Shown one piece after another: positions 59,900 through 63,879 of a stretch of 63,879 nucleotides of DNA (position 1 is its first letter; the number at the start of each line of letters is the position of its first letter). The stretch spans positions 149,234,001 through 149,297,879 of the forward strand of contig CM097885.1 in assembly GCA_044892525.1 (NCBI GenBank), given 5' to 3'. A program made the translations under genes and the position numbers. The notes under the pieces were generated by a model that was not told the origin of the DNA, made no database searches, and worked only from the letters and a program-made list of their open reading frames with translations. This stretch comes from Schmidtea polychroa. Taxonomy: Eukaryota.

Positions 59900-62800
59900 A
59901 TGCTTTCTATAGCATTATTTTTATATTTTACTCAATGCATTTGTCAAATCAATGGAAATTCTCTAACAGTTATTTTGGATTCAAAATGGGAAAATACTCC
60001 ATTAATAGCAGAAACAAGTGAATTTATAGCTTCTGAATCCGTTGGATTATTTTGGAATTTTGTGAAAGAACTAAATATTATAAAAGATAAATTAGATATA
60101 CACAATGAAATAAACAATTATGAAGCAGTTTGGAAAGTTACTAAAAAATTGTTAAATTCTGGACAAATGTCCGTTTTGCAGTTATCTTTAGCTATGAGGA
60201 CTTATTCACCTGCAGTTGAAATGAACCATCAGCTTGATAGTGATTTGAATTGTGAAAATTCTCTTACGGCAGCTAAAGTTGCAGATCAGAATTTTTGTGA
60301 AATAAACATCTTAAAGAATTTTATTTTAAACGTCAAAGGTAATTAAATAATTGTAAACTTTTAATTTGCAGTGTATATAAATAATTTAATAATAAATTGC
60401 GTAGATAGTAAAACAACTTATATCTTAAAGTATAGTTTATGTTAAGCTAGTTGAAAAATTTGAAAAAAGTAAGATAATTTGAATAAGTTTTTATTTGTTA
60501 GCTTTCCTATTGGTGTCGATCGCAATGACGTAGGTACTTGCCGGTCAGAGTTTTTCAAGATCGACCGGACTTGCCGACTGCAACAATAATAAAAACGCTT
60601 TAAAATCAACTGCCGCTTAAGTTTTTGAGAATTATATTCTATTATACTAATATTCAACTAATTAAGATATTTCTGAGATTAATTTTAAATTATTTTTTAC
60701 ATACTATTATTTAAAAAAAATTAAATTCGCCACCATAATAGTATTTAATTGGGAAATCTGAATTTAGAAACCTATCTAAGGGTTGAGTTTTACATGTTAG
60801 GTTCCAGACATTATAGCTACAATAGTTTTATTTTTTGCCGAAATTTGACAACAGTACATTCTCGATAATTTTAGCTATAATAATAGCTATCCTGCTGGAT
60901 AAATTTTTTATATTTTTTATCACAAAAAATTTAATTGCTTATCTCTGAATAGTTAAAAATATTTTATTATTCAGGTGACTTATCATACAATACAACATTA
61001 TACAAAACTGATAAGATTTATCCGGGTCTAGATAAACTGTCTAATTTGAATAAACATATTCCTATTATAATTCTTTATGGTGATTTACAAGACAAAAATT
61101 TTTACGATTGGCATAATGTGATTGTTGAATTGACAGTGGCACAAAAAGCCAATTATGTTTTTCGTCATAAAATTAAAGTAATCAAATGAAATTAATAAAA
61201 AAACATCCACAAGTTAATTGTAGAATCGTTCTGGAAAAACGAGATTAAGTGGATATGGAGTAGAACTAGCTATTAAAAGCACAGAATACAAAGCCGTAGA
61301 TGATACAAACGTTTCTGCTAGCAGTCAAGACGATATTTCCGATTTGAAAAAATCTCCTGGTCTCGATGATCGCAATGAAAACAGTGATGAAGAAGTTCAA
61401 GGTTTTATATTTTCAAAGCTAAAAGAGTTGCACCCGAATTCAACACAAGATCTCGATGCTTTTAAACACCATTTGCTGACGTCAGACTCAGAAATGCGAC
61501 CTCTGAAATCTTGGCAAATTCAAGAACTGAGCTTAAAGGCTGGCCAATTTGTGATGAATGCTTTAGTAAATAATGAAGCACTAGAAACTTTACGGGACAT
61601 TAGTCAAAACTATCCCGTCAGAGCTCAGTAATTCACATAACTACTCATGCTGGATTGTATTATAAAATGCTTAGTTATCTAGCCCAAGTTGCAGTGACAT
61701 CGGAATTCAAGAACGAGCTAACAATAAATCAAGCCTTGTTAGAACAGGTGTATAATATCCAACCAGGTCAAACTTTGGTCACCTTTAATGGCTATGTATT
61801 GTCACAGGATTTAGACATGTACGAAATACTAGACCTGGCTCGTCGAGAAATGGGTATTATGACAAAGTTGCACGATTTTGGTTTGCAGGTATGTAACTAT
61901 TCAATCAGAATTTATATTTATTATTAAAAAAATATTAATTACAATTGATAACTTTCCTAATTAGCACATTGTCTTGCATATTACACCAATATTAATAAAA
62001 ATCAAGTTATTGTCAATCAAATTTAATTAATTATATTTAATTATCCAAAAAAATAGTTTGAGTGCTAAAGAAAGATTGAAATGAAATTTCAATTTTTTTA
62101 ATCATAGATTTAATATAACATTCAATTGCTTACAGTGAACCATTTTATTTCTTTCACCATTGATTGTTTTCCAATTTAATTTATCTTTATTTATTTTTTT
62201 TGATTATCAATCAATATTTTGTTTGATATTTAACACGAATTTTGGCACATCTTTTTCAAGTGTTCCTTGGCCAAATTAAAATTTATTTACACTAATAAAA
62301 ACTGAAAAAAGATTATTTTTTAAATTAATTTTATTGGTTGATAATTTTATTTTTTTTTAATTTAAAAGGAAACATAAAAAGAATACAAAAGAAATTGCAA
62401 TTTTATGAGAGCTCTATATTGATTGTATCGTGGTTTTGAATGGAGGTAGCTAATATTTAAAAGGAATATTTATAAACTCGTATTACACTAATTAGTATTT
62501 TACTTCCTCATTTACATTATTCTCTTTTTCTTAGTAATTAGTGGTTTCGTTTTTGTTATTTCTTTTTAATCGAGCATGGATAGATACACTTCTAGGCATA
62601 ATTTCTTTTGTTTTTGCTTTTTCATGTCTTCCACTTTGTCTTGTTTTCTATACTTGTCTTTAAATTTAATATAATATATTTCGTGTTAAATATAAAAAAA
62701 ATATTGATCTAGTCTCAGAATAAATAAAACTAATAAAATGGCTTGATCGAATAAAAAAATTGAGTTTTCTAGATATTCCTTCATTTCATATGCCAATTTT

Positions 62801-63702
62801 TTTCCAAATTGCCTTCAATATCATACTAGATACGAAATTATTCAATACAATGAAAGCATATCTCCTTTTATTACATTTTATCTGAAGTCCATCGAATTTC
62901 AATTATATGGAAATTTAGCGTTTAATTTTTCAATTTCTTTTATTTTCATTTCTTTTTAAACTATTGATATTTTGTTTTATATTTAACTAATTTTCTCAGT
63001 AAAAATGTATACGTAATTAATGGTTTGATATTAGGGCGACCATATTTCATCTTTAATGAATGTTCAACATTCGTCAAATGAAGGCTCTAACTCGGCATCG
63101 CCATTTCTACTTGATTTCAGACCGGCCCCAGTCATTTATATAAATAATCTTGAAAAAGATCGTCGATATTCTTCATGGCCTAAATCAGTTAACGATTTAC
63201 TTTCTCCTACATATCCTGGAATGATGCGGAGAGTTGCTAAAAATTTTTTCAACGTCATTCTTGTTCTTGATCCAGCTGCAATCGAAAGTAGAGATTACGT
63301 TAAATTTGTTGAAGCCTTTATTATTCACAATGCACCAATCAGGTATGATTTTTGAACCTGTTGTGTTTGAATCAATCATTCTAGAATGGGTTTTCTATGG
63401 GCAATTGATCCAGATGTGCCAATAAAAAATGCTCCAGGAAGAGCACTTGTCAGAGCATTTAATTTTGTAGCGGGTGAAAAAGATGATCCATTGACAGCCT
63501 TGAGTTTTATGACAGACTTATATTCTTCGGTACAATAATTTTAATAAACCGATTAAAATTATGAACACCACACTATTTTTAGATTGAAGACAACGAAGAG
63601 ATAACTGTTAAAGTTGTGCAAAACTTTCTAAAATCAAAACATCCGGATGCTGATATGGAAATTGTTTTCGGTGAAACATCTGACTATGACGATAACATTA
63701 AG
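59900..63702 (+). CDS. UGGT: UDP-glucose:glycoprotein glucosyltransferase, 5' part; exons 59900-60338, 60975-61177, 61224-61627, 61675-61888, 63035-63342, 63385-63529, 63583-63702; continues beyond the window
   Basis: Spliced frame contains LDSKWENTPLIAETSEFIA, IILYGDL..YVFRH, RLSGYGVELAIKSTEYKAVDD, PLKSWQIQELSLKAGQ and YINNLEKDRRYSSWPKSVNDLLSPTYPGMMRRVAKN. All introns are GT-AG and phases are consistent. Confidence 0.95.
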
Positions 63703-63879
63703 GTAATATATAATGAAATAGATTTTATTTATCAATGATTATCCAAAAATACTATTTCGTTACAAAAACGTTTTTAAATGACTAAACTAAAAGAAAATTT
63801 AAATTATTTAATTAAAATATATAAAATTAATTAGTTAAGCTTCAAGTGAACATAAAGCTATAATACGCGGAATAATTAA

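Overview
Eukaryotic, very AT-rich, transposon-saturated genomic DNA with three assembly gaps (N runs 1294-1473, 8716-8917, 17021-17317). Spliced host genes have 42-60 bp minimal introns, pointing to an invertebrate; planarian/flatworm is only a guess. Two host genes are well supported: a 3-exon Ly6/uPAR (three-finger, quiver-like) GPI-type gene at 28154-28896 and the 5' part of UGGT from 59900 to the window end. The rest is mostly nested mobile DNA: three decayed hAT elements, two hAT MITEs with 8-bp TSDs, an IR/DR Tc1, a MULE with 9-bp TSD plus its deletion derivative, a Penelope GIY-YIG fragment, Ty3/gypsy pol relics and several TGTTG..CAACA solo LTRs. The centrepiece is a 21,248-bp LTR element (32533-53780). 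It has 1,543-bp LTRs identical by eye, an ATCT TSD, a tRNA-Pro-type PBS, no pol, and a gag frame pushed to the 3' end with one in-frame TAG. It carries a 9 x 843-bp array in which each unit has a tRNA-Leu/Ser-like A/B-box module, and a ~37 x 13-bp satellite. Its U5 holds a multi-stem, pseudoknotted RNA structure whose pairings covary across two diverged relatives in this window (32021-32181, 58605-58774). This element/RNA module is my best candidate for an undescribed system. All alignments and folds were done by eye; no database search was run.
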